A stretch of 64,000 nucleotides of DNA. It comes from the human T2T-CHM13v2.0 reference genome, Homo sapiens. Position numbers and translations under genes: made by a program. The stretch lies in the NCBI RefSeq assembly GCF_009914755.1, contig NC_060936.1. One strand, given 5' to 3'. Below the pieces are notes generated by a model. It did no database searches, was not told the origin of the DNA, and saw only the letters and a program-made list of their open reading frames with translations. This document shows positions 48,050 to 62,226 of the stretch, piece by piece (positions within the stretch are counted from its first letter, which is position 1; the number at the start of each line of letters is the position of its first letter).

Positions 48050-49164
48050 CCTCTTTCTTTTGTTAGCTTTAACATTCTTCTCAATTTGTAATTCATTTTT
48101 TTAGCCTAACACTATTCATACAATCATAACAAACCTCTGAATTTACTGTCAGTTTTATGCCTTTTCTCTGTGTCCTTTAAAGCTCTCAGTTCAGCGAGTA
48201 TAGCATATCTTCAAACATCCTTAGAATCATCTACCATTTTTTCAAAACTCCTTTTAGAGAGCCCTCATTCTTTTTATATATATAAGGAAATCATATTTCT
48301 TTCTACAACCCTGAAATTTTTGGAATCTGTTTCTCTAAAACTAGAATATATGACACTATTCTTAGCATTCACCTCCTTAGACAATTAACTCTAAGATGAC
48401 CAGGTAATTTCTCACGCAAGATCTTAGTTGCCTCAATTTCATCAATTAACTCTTACTTATTGCTTAAAATTAGTTCAGAAAACTGGTTCTTCTTGCTGTT
48501 TCCACATAATTACATTTGTAGCTAAGTCAAGAAATTTACAAGAGGGAGTTTTACTTGAATGGGACATCCAACATACTTATATTAAGATGAAAATTCCATC
48601 ACTATTATACTTTGACTTTAATTTTATTTAGATATAACAGATACTATGTTTTTATAATTATTATAGTGAGTTTCCTGGGACAAGTAATTCAAAAGGAATA
48701 AGAGAATAACTAATAATCTTGTTATTAAAATTTAAGAAACATTAATTCTGGGATATAAGAGGGGCTTGTTATAGAAAATGATTGCATAAATTAGGGAAAT
48801 GCTATACATTCTAACCTTCTCTAGGAAAATCACAATAAAATATTGAAAGGTCTGTGATACAATCAGAGATATAACCTATATTAACTTGGCTTAACTCAGT
48901 ACTTCCCAAGACCATTTAAATAGAGAATCCTCCACCCCTGACCCATTTTGTGGCATATTCAGTAAATATAGAAAAGTGCTCCTAAGAACATCAGCCTGGA
49001 AAATGTCCAATGGCTATTTTTTCCATTCATTCATTTAATTTATGTACCTACTGGCCCTATGCAAGTTATTACTTTTTGGACTTCTACCAAAGGAAGAGAA
49101 GAAAAAATAAAAGGAGATGAAACCTAAATGTGATCGTTAATCTGGTTAAACAAAGCTTATAGCA

Positions 49165-49449
49165 GGCTGGGTACAGTTGCTCATGCCTGTATTCCAGCAC
49201 GCTGGGAGGTCAAGGTGGGAAGACTGCTTGTGGCCAGGAGTTTGAGACCAGCCTAGGCAACATAGCAAGACTCCATCTCTACAAAAATTTAAAAAATTAG
49301 CTGGGTGTGATGGCACACCTGTAGTCCTAGCTACTCAGGAGGCTGAGGTGAGAGGATCGCTTGAGCCCAGGAGGTCATGGCTGCAGAAGCTATCATCACA
49401 CCACCACACTACAGCCTGGGTGACAGAGATCCTGTCTTGGAAAAAAAAA
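49165..49449 (+). mobile_element. Alu (AluJ-like)
   Basis: Diverged consensus. Confidence 0.9.
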
Positions 49450-52254
49450 GTTCATAGCAAGACAGATAGGGTGCATGCTATCACTTTAGCATTTCATGAG
49501 CTGCTCTGAAACTAAATATGAACGTGAACTACTGTCAAATTTGACTACAGTGAAATGTTTCATATTTAGTGTATAACAGAGAAACTTGCATTGACACTTG
49601 GCTCTTTTTTAGTACCATGGCAAATAGTACTATCAACCACTACACTCTCTCCCTATGAGCCTGGATTCCTTTTCAATAGTTTCAAATTGCCATGAAAGTC
49701 AATAAATCTATCATACCTGGTTTCACATATGAAGGTTAGGGGGATAAAAGTTACTAACTGAAATACATAAAATCTGCACCTGCAGATAATTTTAATTTTC
49801 CATATGACATTCATCCCAAATTAGCATAAAAATATAGCTTATCAATTTGTAATATAAACACATTTCCTTTATTTGATAATTACCACCTAATATTCAGTTC
49901 CTTTCTCCTCCTTTGGGGTACCTATCTAGAGGAGACCTCTAAGAATACGACATAGAGAAGAAAAATAATTTATATATTTTATGTACTTTTAATTGCAAAG
50001 AGCTGATCATTAAAAGATGGTAGAATATACCCACCAAACCCCATAGTTGCCTTTATCATTGCTGTATCACACTGACCTACTGCATCTCTTTCTTAGAACT
50101 ATATAGGGTATATAATTTTATTCCTTAGATGCTTACCATTTTCTGAGCAACCCAAAGGGTATACCTGTGTTGACTTTTTTTGTTTTAGCCACAGTATATT
50201 CTCAAATCAACATATATACATTTTTTAGGCAAATTTTAAATCATATACATTTCAGAACCACTGACGAAATTTAAATAAAAGACAAAGAGAAGAGGCCAAC
50301 AATGTATTCAAGATTGCAAACAATTATTTCACATGGAACAAAACACAAACAATATCACTGCAAACATCATTGAAACAAGGTTAAGACAAACAAAAAACCT
50401 CTATAATATAGACGAGAAAAAATGTTGCCACATTTTTTTCTTATGCAATTAGAATCTGTTTGTTTAAAAATATATCCAAGCGTTTAATTTTCAATCTTCA
50501 ATGTCTTCCATTAAAACTAATTAGGACTAATTCTAAAAGTCAAAACTCAATTCTCTTTAGCAGAATAAACAATCTGTGGGTTAAGAATCATAATTTGTTC
50601 TGAAACAACTGATGATTCTGGGGAGACATTTATTAGGTTTTGTCACTGGAGAAATTTTCAAAAGCACTGAATCTCTATGCTAGAGATAGAAAAGATTCTA
50701 GAAGTTAAAAATAATATAAATCAAACACCTCATTTAACAGAAGAGTTTCTGACTCAAAGATAATTCTAACCTTAAGAATCAAGGCAGAGTAAGGAGTAAG
50801 AAACCAAGAACTTCTGATCCTTCTTCCTTTCAATAACCCCTCCCAACCCCACCACCAAAAAAAGCAAAGCCCTCAAACTTATTTAAGTTTGATTAAATGA
50901 TGGATACTAATTTCTGTTGGCTCTGTGGTCTTACTGAGAAGCACTACAACAACCTAAAACTGACTTAAGTTTATAGGAAAAAGGGGAAGATAATTAAAAT
51001 ATAATATGACCTATACTGGTACTCAAATCACAAAATACTAACCACTTGCAGTGGCATTATAAAAGTACCACTAAATTTCACCATAGAAATAGAAACAAAA
51101 CCTAAATATAGGCAAAAACTAAAGATGCAATGATAGAAAAAAAAGTTAACACTAACTTATTACTTTTCATATATTCAAACACAAATATTACTGTGAGGCC
51201 ATTACTACTACAGGCCAGGCACTTCAGTAGGCAACAGAGAAAAAGAACTCTGTATGTAAGTACTACGTGACAGAAATAAAACAAAGTTAATCTGGTCAGT
51301 ATTTTAGTAAAAAAAAAAATTAGTTACATAGTTCATTTAATTTTGCAAGAATAAAATATAAAAATAAAGCTCACATTTGGTTTCCTAAGGTTTTATTTTT
51401 TTTCAAGAGGAAAAAAAAAGCTAGGGACTATGCATAATATAGCAGAAAGAACTGAACTACTTTTCCTGCAATCTTGGGGCTAGCCTCAGCCCTCACACCA
51501 ATAAAGCATACAAAAGTAAAATAGTCACATATTATCTCTGGGTCTCAGTTTCCTTCGGTAAAGCAAGGAAATCCCAAAAGATAGTTAGTAAGCTCCTTTG
51601 TACATCTATGATTCCATGCCAGTAGGCAGCAACAGAAAGAAGTGAGCAATCTTTTAAAAATATTTAAGCACACAAAATAAATTCAGACTCTTTGAAAAAA
51701 TCTGAATAAGTGCTTTCTATGTATCAGAGATAAAATTAAATGAATGTATTCAACATACTCAAAATTATTTGGCTTACACTTATGCACAGAAGTCTTTCCT
51801 TACCAAGAGAAGAAATTCTCCAAATCAACAGGAACAAAACAGTTCAACATCCTTCAAATTTCTTAATAATGGGAGGAAACAATGAGAAGAATGATAAAAC
51901 CTGTTTTTGTCATGTTGCATCTAATTTTCCCTAAGTGTGTGGTGTTTTCAGTTCTTCATCAAAAAATTTTTTTTGAAATAAACCACCTTAGAAACTAAAA
52001 TGTTTAAGAAAACAACTGTCTTGCTCACTGACTTTAAACAAAAAAACATTAATTCTGTCAGAGGTGAGTCGCAAAGCCTAAATATAAATAATTGCTAGTT
52101 GTATAAATTTACATAGTTCTGAGCTGACAGGGTATTTCATTTATTAGTCTACTGGAGAGATGGCCATCAACCTCACAAGATCTTTTTTAAAACAAAAAAC
52201 AACTTTCATCACTGGGCAAGATATATCAGCAGTACTGTTATGACCTTTACACAC

Positions 52255-52431
52255 CTGCGTCTCTCCCTGACCTCTGTTGTGGAGGAGACAGTGCCAGCAG
52301 TAGTTGTAGTCAGGGTTGTGGTAGAAGCTGCAGCATTTACAACAGTTGGAGCAACAGGAATGGTCACTGCCGTAGGAACACTGTCCTTTTCTTTCTCAGT
52401 ACTATCCTCAGCCCACAAACGATTTGAGGTA
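52255..52431 (-). CDS. PPP1R12A: MYPT1 exon 14 (177 nt, central-insert region)
   Basis: TSNRLWAEDSTEKEKDSVPTAVTIPVAPTVVNAAASTTTLTTTTAGTVSSTTEVRERR; TAG acceptor, GTGTGT donor; phase 2/2. Confidence 0.96.
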
Positions 52432-52828
52432 CTATAGCATCATAAGCAGCAACACAAAAAAGAGAAAAGGAAAACAGCTAAACAATGAAAGCACTTTCTA
52501 GCAGCTGAAAACACATGACTACAGGGATGGATTTTTTTAAAACGCAAGGTGAGACATCCTTAAATTATGAACCAAAAAGCTCACCCAGAGTTGTCAAAGA
52601 GAGAAATTTACATTTTAAGCAGTCTAATTCAAGGAAAGTTCATAGTTCAGGAACTTAAAATTTCCCCCAGACATGCATAATTGCCTCATTTTGGAACCAA
52701 TTTTTGTCTGCAAATAAATTTAACAAGATAAATGAAAAAATCCAGAGCCCCACAATCTTCTAAACAAAAACGCATGCACATACATAAGCACACAGTAGAC
52801 CTGAGCACAAAATGTATCTGTGACTTAC

Positions 52829-52996
52829 CTGCTTTGTGTGCCTGCTGAGGAAGAACCCGTTGTAATCTTTGTAGTAGTGCTTGTGCTGGAAAGCAGGCTT
52901 TTCTGAAGCCCAGCTGCAGAGGTAACTGTTGGTGTTGATGTGGTGCTTGGAACACTAGAACTAATCAAATCATCTTGTCTTCTACCAAAGGAGCAA
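52829..52996 (-). CDS. PPP1R12A: MYPT1 exon 13 (168 nt, central-insert region)
   Basis: CSFGRRQDDLISSSVPSTTSTPTVTSAAGLQKSLLSSTSTTTKITTGSSSAGTQS; TAG acceptor, GTAAGT donor; symmetric phase 2/2. Confidence 0.96.
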
Positions 52997-53888
52997 CTAA
53001 ACAAAAGAGTCATATCTATATAGGATGTGTTTGTATGTGTATTCTATAGTTAATGTCTATACATTATATAAATTACAAGGCTAGAAAAAAAATTTAAAAA
53101 CTGTGTTCCTAAATACACCACCAGCTCCAGCACCAAGAGTTGCATCTACAACTTGCTAGAGTTTAGAAGATTTCACTTAATTCGGTAGTGTATCATTTTA
53201 GTGCCTCCTCCCAACTTTCTCAACAAGACAAAGATGATCTGATATTTCATATTTTTGAAACTATTCCACACCATATGGTCATGCCAGGCTGAGCCTGAAA
53301 AACACACTTTGGTTTTGTATTACCCAGGGAAAACAAGACGTTGACATTTTTTTGAAGGAAATTATTTCAGCAATGGGTCAGATACCTCGGAAGTAACCAA
53401 TGCCTACATGATACTTGTTCACATCTTATTCTTTTTGGTTGCTTTTAGTAAAGAAATTGTTTATAGGGCTTTTTTTTCCTCTTCAATATGATACTACCAA
53501 CATTCCAACTGAAGGCATTTCCATAGCTCTGAGTTCTAGGGCAAGCCAAATCTTTCCAGATCAACAATGACAACTAGATCCATTAAGACACTGGCCTGTT
53601 TAAGTTGTTCTAGTCAAGGAGTTCCTTCTAAAGGAGTTCCTTTTAAATATGTAACAATCCAAAAAACATTTCATAATATTTGAAGCTTAATTATATAATA
53701 GGCATAACAAATTATCACCTATCTTTAAATATATATACTGTGTTTAGAGTAAGTTTTAAACAACAAAAACTCGCATTTAATAAAAACACATATTTGTTTA
53801 AAATGATGTTAAACTGAGGGCTCCAAACAAATTGCCTCATATTTTTATAAATGAATACATAAAAACCGCTTAAGAATAGTATTATTAC

Positions 53889-53993
53889 CTTTTATGATAC
53901 GTTGATCCTTCATTAACTGAGCTATTTTTTTTAAGATCATCTTCCCATTTTCTCCTTGTATATGAACTACTTGTTCGCAAACTTGAAGAATCT
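53889..53993 (-). CDS. PPP1R12A: MYPT1 exon 12 (105 nt)
   Basis: DSSSLRTSSSYTRRKWEDDLKKNSSVNEGSTYHK; CAG acceptor, GTAATA donor, phase 2/2. Confidence 0.96.
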
Positions 53994-54418
53994 CTGTTAA
54001 AAGAACACCCTTCAGATTCTGGTACATAATTTTAAAATAGGATTAAGAAAGCGGTACACTAGTAAATATTAGTATAAGCTGAAACTAGTAAAAACCTTTG
54101 GGAGGACACTTAGGAATACTAATCAAGAAGATAAAGTAATTTCAGTACTAAGATTATACCCTAAGGTATAATTTTTCCCCTAAGTATGGGGGAAAATTCA
54201 GATATTTATAGAAATATGCTTTTTGATCACAAAATATAAAGTAGGGGAGATGCTTACTTTAACCGCAGAAGATCTACTTTATAGTATGTTATGTGCCGAC
54301 AAAAAAAATGCTTATTAAAAATATATATTAACATAGAAGACTGCTTATGAGATCTTAGGGGAAAAAAATAAAAAAATTAGATATTATAACATGATTAAAA
54401 GTATATTAAAAAGTTATT

Positions 54419-54722
54419 GGCCGGGTGCAGTGGTTCACACCTGTAACCCAGCACTTTGAGAGGCCGAGGCAGGTGGATCACAAGGTCAAGAGTTCAAGAC
54501 CAGCCTGGCCAAGATGGTGAAACCCTGTCTCTACTAAAAATAAAAAAATTAGCTGAGCAGGGTGGCAGGTGCCTGTAATCCCAGCCACTTGAGAGGCTGA
54601 GGCAGAGAACTACTTGAACCTGAGAGGTGGAGGTTGCAGTGAGCCGAGATTGCGCCACTGCACTCCAGCGTGGGTGACAGAGCGAGACTCTGTCTCAAAA
54701 AAAATAAAAATAAAAATAAAAA
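54419..54722 (+). mobile_element. Alu (AluS)
   Basis: Full-length consensus with (A5T)n tail. Confidence 0.94.
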
Positions 54723-55143
54723 TAATTAAATTAAAAAAATAAAATTCTATAAGCTGAAAAACAGGAAGAAACTAAAATATTTAAACAATATTTAAACAAA
54801 AATATTTAAAACAAACTAAAATGATTAAGTAAGGGCTTTCCTTCTTCTTTCCCCTTTCCTAAATGTTCCAAATATTTAGAGAACTCATACTAGTTCATGA
54901 CCTTATCTCCTCCCACTTTCCCCTTACTCTGTTCCAGCCACATCTTCTTTGCTATTATTTCATGAACATACCAAGCCTGCACCTCCTCAGGACTATGTAC
55001 CTGGTATTTTCTCCTTCAGGAATATCCTCCATCTCTTCCCACAATACATATCCGCACATAATTACAATGCTCATGTATTAACTCTAATGCTAGATAATAA
55101 AGATTTTATAGTGAATGCATAAAGCAAATCAAAATAAACTCAC

Positions 55144-55238
55144 CTGTTTTCTTTCTCTTCAATGTCAGATGTACTGGCTAGTCGTCTTGGTATTGTAGGT
55201 GCAACATATGCAAGCCTAGTTCCTTTACTATCTTTCTC
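55144..55238 (-). CDS. PPP1R12A: MYPT1 exon 11 (95 nt)
   Basis: EKDSKGTRLAYVAPTIPRRLASTSDIEEKEN+AG; TAG acceptor, GTGAGT donor. Confidence 0.97.
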
Positions 55239-56455
55239 CTACACAACAGGGAAAAAAATAAGTAAAAATTAATTTGGGTACTGACTATAGGCAATGCTAA
55301 AAGTATTAAGAAAAGGTTATTCAATAATTATAATTACATAGCTATCATAGTTTACAGTATTTCAACAATTCCTAGCTGAACTCTAAAATTAATGTCAATC
55401 AATAATCAGCCTGTTCAAATTAGTTTTCTTTCTCTTTTAGCCTGGAATCAGATAATATTTTACTAAGAAAGGAAAAAAATTTCTCCAGATTTTAATGACT
55501 TTTTCTAAAACTTCTCTAACAGATTAATACTGTGTCATAAGCTGAAATATCTTTATTTCTTCCAGAGAAATAAACTTTCAAATATTGTTCACTGAGAGGT
55601 CTCAAGCATTTATATTATATAAGCTATTTAGAACCTTGATAATCAATGCTCTCAAATACATCAAAATAGTCAAAACAAATATTATTTAAATTATATTTAT
55701 CCAAATATGGCTAAGAGTGTGTAGTGACAATGACACTCTGATACATTCCTAGTAAGCTGGCATAAAATACCTGGAAACCAACTGCACAGTAAACTGATAA
55801 AAAAGCAAAAATATTAGAATTACTTGATGAGAAATTTCATCTGAATTTCTGATATAAGGAAACATTTCTAAGTATAGAAAGAAAACTGTATGGGCAAAAA
55901 AAATAGTTCAAGCACTGAATATGCTGTAGAAATAAATACTAGTATTGAATAAACTGTGGTACATCCTATATAATGCAGTATTAATACCACCTCTCAAAAT
56001 AGTTATTAAATTTACTCATTAAGACAAAGTTGCTTGTAATATGGTAGATGAAAAATCTGGTATTTTTTTTCAGATACTGAATAAATGTAACTTATGAGTA
56101 TACTAACATTCTAGAATAAATGTGTTCCTATGTTTTTTAAACTTCAGAAAGTTTCTTGAATCATAATAAACAAAATAAGCCTGCTCCTTAATACAGTTCT
56201 ATTATAAATTCTCAAGTAAGATAATAGATTCCTTTAACGGAGTATAGTCCCATAATTTATGTTTTAGGCAAATACATCTGATCTTTCCAGTATTTATAAT
56301 TCTGTATAAATTACATTTGTCTTATGTAATTCATTAAGGTTAATTAACTTGATACCTAGATCTAAAGATAACTAGCAGAAAATCTACCAGATTTGATGTT
56401 CCTGGAAAAGAAATCATAACAGTTTTCATAGAAACCAGACTGTGAAATAGATTAC

Positions 56456-56671
56456 CTTTTCTTTATTATCCAAAGAGGAGGAAAGTCTGGGACTTGAAGC
56501 TGAACGTGTAACACCTGCAGTATCTTTTTCTTTCTGACCCTCTTTAGATGCTGTGATTTCAGCAAGTGCACCATAGCTGCCCGTCTTTCTAAGTCCTAAC
56601 CTCCAAGTTGCAGGAGACTCATCTTTTCTCTCTTCTTCTTTGGGAGAAATTTTTGTAGCTGTGGTTGGAAA
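56456..56671 (-). CDS. PPP1R12A: MYPT1 exon 10 (216 nt, F414-K485); contains S445 and S472/S473
   Basis: Translates FPTTATKISPKEEERKDESPATWRLGLRKTGSYGALAEITASKEGQKEKDTAGVTRSASSPRLSSSLDNKEK, matching human MYPT1; CAG acceptor, AAG|GTAAT donor, phase 0/0. Confidence 0.97.
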
Positions 56672-57055
56672 CTGTGTTTATTTTATTTTTTAGGAAAAGA
56701 AAAAAGAATTTGTAAAGCTGATCAGTCCTTAAATTGGAAACAATAAGTTTACAGATAATATATTTAAAATTATGGTTTACAGTTTCAGGATAAAACACTT
56801 TTACTACATAGGTTAATGTCTTAGTAAAAAATGTAAAGATCTAAAAATTTTAAAGAAATAGACTACCTTCCTAGGGGTTAGACTTAAGAAAACACACTAC
56901 ACACTTTATATCACACAGAAAAATTATGATGCAAATACAGAAAACAGAAATGAGCACACCATAAGGACTTAAAACCATGCATCTTTGGAACCAATTTATA
57001 TTAAACTTGTTATGTTGTAACCTAATATAAATTCTTGCACATAGAAATGCCTCAC

Positions 57056-57172
57056 CATAGATTTTTCACCCTTACTGGGCACAAGAACAATGCCAGTTTT
57101 GCGCAAGCCCTGCCTCCATGATGCAGGATCTACTGATTCCACCACAGGCATGATAGGAGCAATGAAATCATA
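57056..57172 (-). CDS. PPP1R12A: Candidate in-frame cassette exon (117 nt, 39 aa) upstream of exon 10
   Basis: CTTTAG|YDFIAPIMPVVESVDPASWRQGLRKTGIVLVPSKGEKSM|GTGAG; phase 0/0; motif paralogous to exon 10. Confidence 0.72.
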
Positions 57173-57984
57173 CTAAAGCCAATTAAAATAAGACAGGTAA
57201 AGAGACAAAGATTGAAAGCATGAAAACAGAAAAGGGAAGTTATGAACAAAAAATATTTTCTTCATTTGAAAATAATTTTATAATTAACCCCAATAATTGG
57301 GTAATGATCCAATCTTTAAAAGTCACTGGGAACAAGTTCTAATTTTAGCATGAGATAATCTGAAAAAAATCTAATAAACTTCTAAAGCAATTAAAAGGCA
57401 TACAGAGTAGATAATATAGCATGTGACTGAACAAACTACTGCACATGAATTTTGTTTTTAATCCATGTATATACTCTGGTTAAAAAATTTTGTGTCCAAT
57501 ATAATCAACAAAAACTAGTAACTGATATTTTTCCAATTATAATACTTTTTTTTTTAACATCACAGCCTTAAATTTACTGATTTCCCCACCAAACATTAAC
57601 TATTTCAACTATAATAAAAACTAATTTTATGTACAAATATTTATGCTATTTTAAGGGCTTTCCAACAACCCTAAAAATGCAACCTCTGTTATCTTTAGAT
57701 CACTTCATCAACTTCACTTCTAGAAATTCTATACTCAACCACAGTTAACTATATAGATTGGTGAATACAGCAACTAACTAGTTGCCACAAGCATAGGGTA
57801 TTAATAATTTTTTAAAAATCATTTCTTTCATATCTATTGCCAACATTTGCTATAATTAGCAGGTTAACAGGGCTTGTTAAAGCCCCCATGATGATGCTTG
57901 AGGGCCACTTCATGGACAAAACTGTTATAAAGATATACCTCTGGTACTTCCAGTAATGAATTGCTATCAATAGTGTCTAAGCAT

Positions 57985-58490
57985 TCCTCAGTTCCTAAAA
58001 TGTGCACCAAAGTGCTCCAGAGTGTCACAACAAAATCACGGGGGCTCTGTAGAATAGTTTAAAGTTTTGAGAGAAGCACAGTGACATCTCATAGACACTG
58101 CACAAACTGCCATTTTGATCACATTTCCATCAAACTACTTAATGAGACAAACAGGCAATTCCTTTTGCCAGTGGCACTGTGAAAAAATCCTACCAAACAC
58201 TAGGGGCTCCAATGACCAAGAAAGTTTGCGAACTCTAATATTCTGTGCAATATGATAGGTACTGAGACAGCTGCTTATTGATTGGTGAGTTTACAGGGCT
58301 ACACTGTAAATGCTAGGCTTTGTGGAACACAGATAATATTAATACACAAATGATTGAGTGTGGCTGTAACCAATAAAACTTTAGGGACAATGACTTTTTT
58401 TTATTTTTTTTCTCCAACCAGTTTGCTATACAAAAACAGGTAATGGGCTAGGTTTGGCCCACCAGCCATAGTTTGCCAACACCCACATTA
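57985..58490. mobile_element. hAT-family MER fragments (Charlie-like ~57990-58236; MER58A-like ~58280-58485)
   Basis: aaagtttgcgaactc terminus; gtggctgtaaccaataaaacttt...tttggcccaccagccatagtttgccaac. Confidence 0.6.
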
Positions 58491-59042
58491 GGTCTCCCAC
58501 CTCCTCAAAAAACAGAAACAAAAAAACAAACAAAAAACCTGGAAACAAACGTTTTTTCCCCCATTATAAAACAGCCAGAGTCAGTCAGTCAGATAACATT
58601 TATTGTTATAAATGAAGCTAACATTTATTGTTATAAATGAAGCTAACATTTAACAAATATTTACTAGTGTGTGACCCTCAGCTAAGTGCTTCACATGGGT
58701 TATCCTGTTTCAACCTTATAATTACCCAATGAAATACTACTATTACTGTTATTTTAGAGTTGAGAAAAACGAGGCAGTACTATCTATCAATTTTGAAATG
58801 GGCATTTGTTACACTGTAATGGCTGATATACCTCCACTCTGCCCAACATGAACTTGGATTTAAGTACTGCTTTATATGTCTAAAAGCACCTTTTAATTTT
58901 ACTTGATATATAAATAAACCCTTCCTGAAATACTTAACTATACCTCCTCCTCCATTAAACTCTCTTCTTTGGCTTTTTTTACTGGACACTATCTTCACCT
59001 TCTTTTTCTTTTTACTCTGACCATTCCTTTTCTTGACTGACT

Positions 59043-59043
<1 letters not shown>

Positions 59044-59092
<49 letters not shown>

Positions 59093-59135
59093 CGTTCCTT
59101 ATACAGGCTGTGTGTGTTTGTGTGTGTGTGTGTGT
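59044..59135. repeat. (TG)n microsatellite, two blocks
   Basis: Direct reading. Confidence 0.95.
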
Positions 59136-60864
59136 ACAACTTTCCTTGTGCTAGCCCTTCCAGAGCCTGCTCTTGGATCTCTCATATTCTCTTTCTACTT
59201 TCTTCTCCTGGGGGGTTAGGAGGAGGGTCTTTACTTCCTCAGGCTAAATATTAATTGTAGTCAGCTTATTCTCAAATGTGTTATTCTCCAGTCCAGTCTC
59301 CTAAATTTCCAGTCCTAATTTTACCTGTCTATTCTAGGTAAAATTCTACCACACTATTCTAGAGTGGACAATCTAGAACTATAACTGAAAACTTGAAACT
59401 CAGTATGTCTAAAATAAAACACCTTTACTTCCAAACCATCTCTTCTTCAGTTCCCTAATTCTGTTAATGGCACTAAGTATATCTCTTCAATCTCCTATGT
59501 TTCAAACTTCACAATTATGTTAGACCTTCTCTGTCATTTTCCTCCATCCATAAATTAGAGGTCAAGTCTCTAAATCTCCTCTCCTTTATAAGCCCAGAGT
59601 CACTTCTCTAGTTCATATTCTTATCATTGTGGGCAACTTCAATGACTTTCTAATAAACCTTTTCTCAATAAGCCTCTCATCTTCAAATCTGTACACTGCT
59701 GTCAGAATAATATTCTATAAAGAATAATCCTCTCATGGCATTGTTCAAACATCTTCCACGACTACTACTTATCAAATAAATTATAAAAGTGTTATCCTAC
59801 AGTTGAAGACATCCTGCAATATAGCTCTACTTTTCCTGTTTACTTTGTATATATGCACCCTATAAATCAATCAAATGGAACAATTCATTTTTCCTGCGAA
59901 AGTATTCCATATTATCCCCACTTGCTCATATTGTTTTTCTTCTCTCCCTTTCAACAAGGTTTACAAGCCCTTCTTCTCTCAGGTGGAGTACTACCTACTT
60001 TAAGATTTATCTAAAATGTCCTGATTCTACTACCTTAAGTCAAATATAATTTCTTCTCCTTTTAAATCATGCTACATCTGTACGTTTCGATTGGACTACT
60101 TTATATACCCACAGCACATAGCAGTCTTTTGTTAAATTATTAGCTATTACATTGAATTCAATTAACCAGAACACTTAATTCCATAAAAATTCTGAATTTT
60201 TACCATCAAGTAAAGAAAATGCCATTTACATTTTATTGGAATGTACACCCATATAGAAGAATAGATAATCTGCTTTAGAGATCCCAACAAAATTTATTTT
60301 GACCAGAGAGGCTTATATAAACTTGTTAGTTAACAATTTTAAGCACAAAATCAAACTGATGGTTTTATAGATAACATCTCCACAAATCATCAGCTTGATA
60401 TTGCTACAGAAACAGTTCTTTAATTTCAGCGGAAGGGTTAAGGAATTAAAGTAAACACATCTATCTTTCACCATAGTTACCCCAAGTTATTAAAAGAAAA
60501 TAAGCATGTAAAACTGTTTCGTGTGCTTCCATTTTTGTGATCTGTCTTGCCATGAACACAAGTGCACACATACATAGTTTATGTACTGGGGTAGGAAGCT
60601 GGAGAACTTGATAACTTTATCTAAATATTAGAAGTGGAGTCATGACTGGGAACCTAAAAACAGATAATTGCAAAACCTTTTAAGATGCAATTAGAAATTA
60701 ACAACCTGTTTAAGGAAATTTAATGTTAGGTCACTAAAGTTACAGATAAACTTGAAAAAATTTTAAAAAATACTAATATGCTAAATTAGATACAGGAGTA
60801 TAAGAATCACTGAAAATAACAGGTTTTAAAAGTCATACAGTATTGATAAGAAGACTCCCTCTTC

Positions 60865-61511
<647 letters not shown>

Positions 61512-61922
61512 TTCAAAATTTTTACACATGATCGTTTTGAATAAAATTTGGTTACAAAACTTTAAGAACAAAGAAACAATATAATCTTCAAAGTAAGTTA
61601 TGGTGCTTGAAACTGAGAATAAAATAGTTTCTAAATATGCAAATTTAGAAGCAGATGTTATTATATTAGCTTAATTACAGAATCAAGAGTGATTTTGAAT
61701 AAGAACTTTTACAGCAAAGAGATTACTGGCCCACTATACTAAAAGAGGTTATAAAGTATTTCTTTTCAGTTAGGGCATTAGGTATAAATTGAGAACTACA
61801 TTGCCATAAATGTTGGCTATATGTGAGAAAAAGAAAAAGAAAATTGAACACAGGAAGTTTACCGTAATCATTTGACTGTAGTAGGAAAGGGATTACTTAG
61901 CCAAATACCCAAAAGATAGAGA

Positions 61923-62226
<304 letters not shown>

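Noticed and set aside
52240-52437. 65-aa Val-rich plus-strand ORF
   Set aside because: Antisense reading of the Thr-rich exon 14
53994-54027. Upstream CAG (54019-54021) extending exon 12, and ORF 53845..54027
   Set aside because: 25-nt extension shifts the frame, the pyrimidine tract is poor, and the ORF is an off-frame reading of exon 12
58780-59139. 119-aa ORF with THTHTH repeats
   Set aside because: Translation of a (CA)n microsatellite and low-complexity sequence
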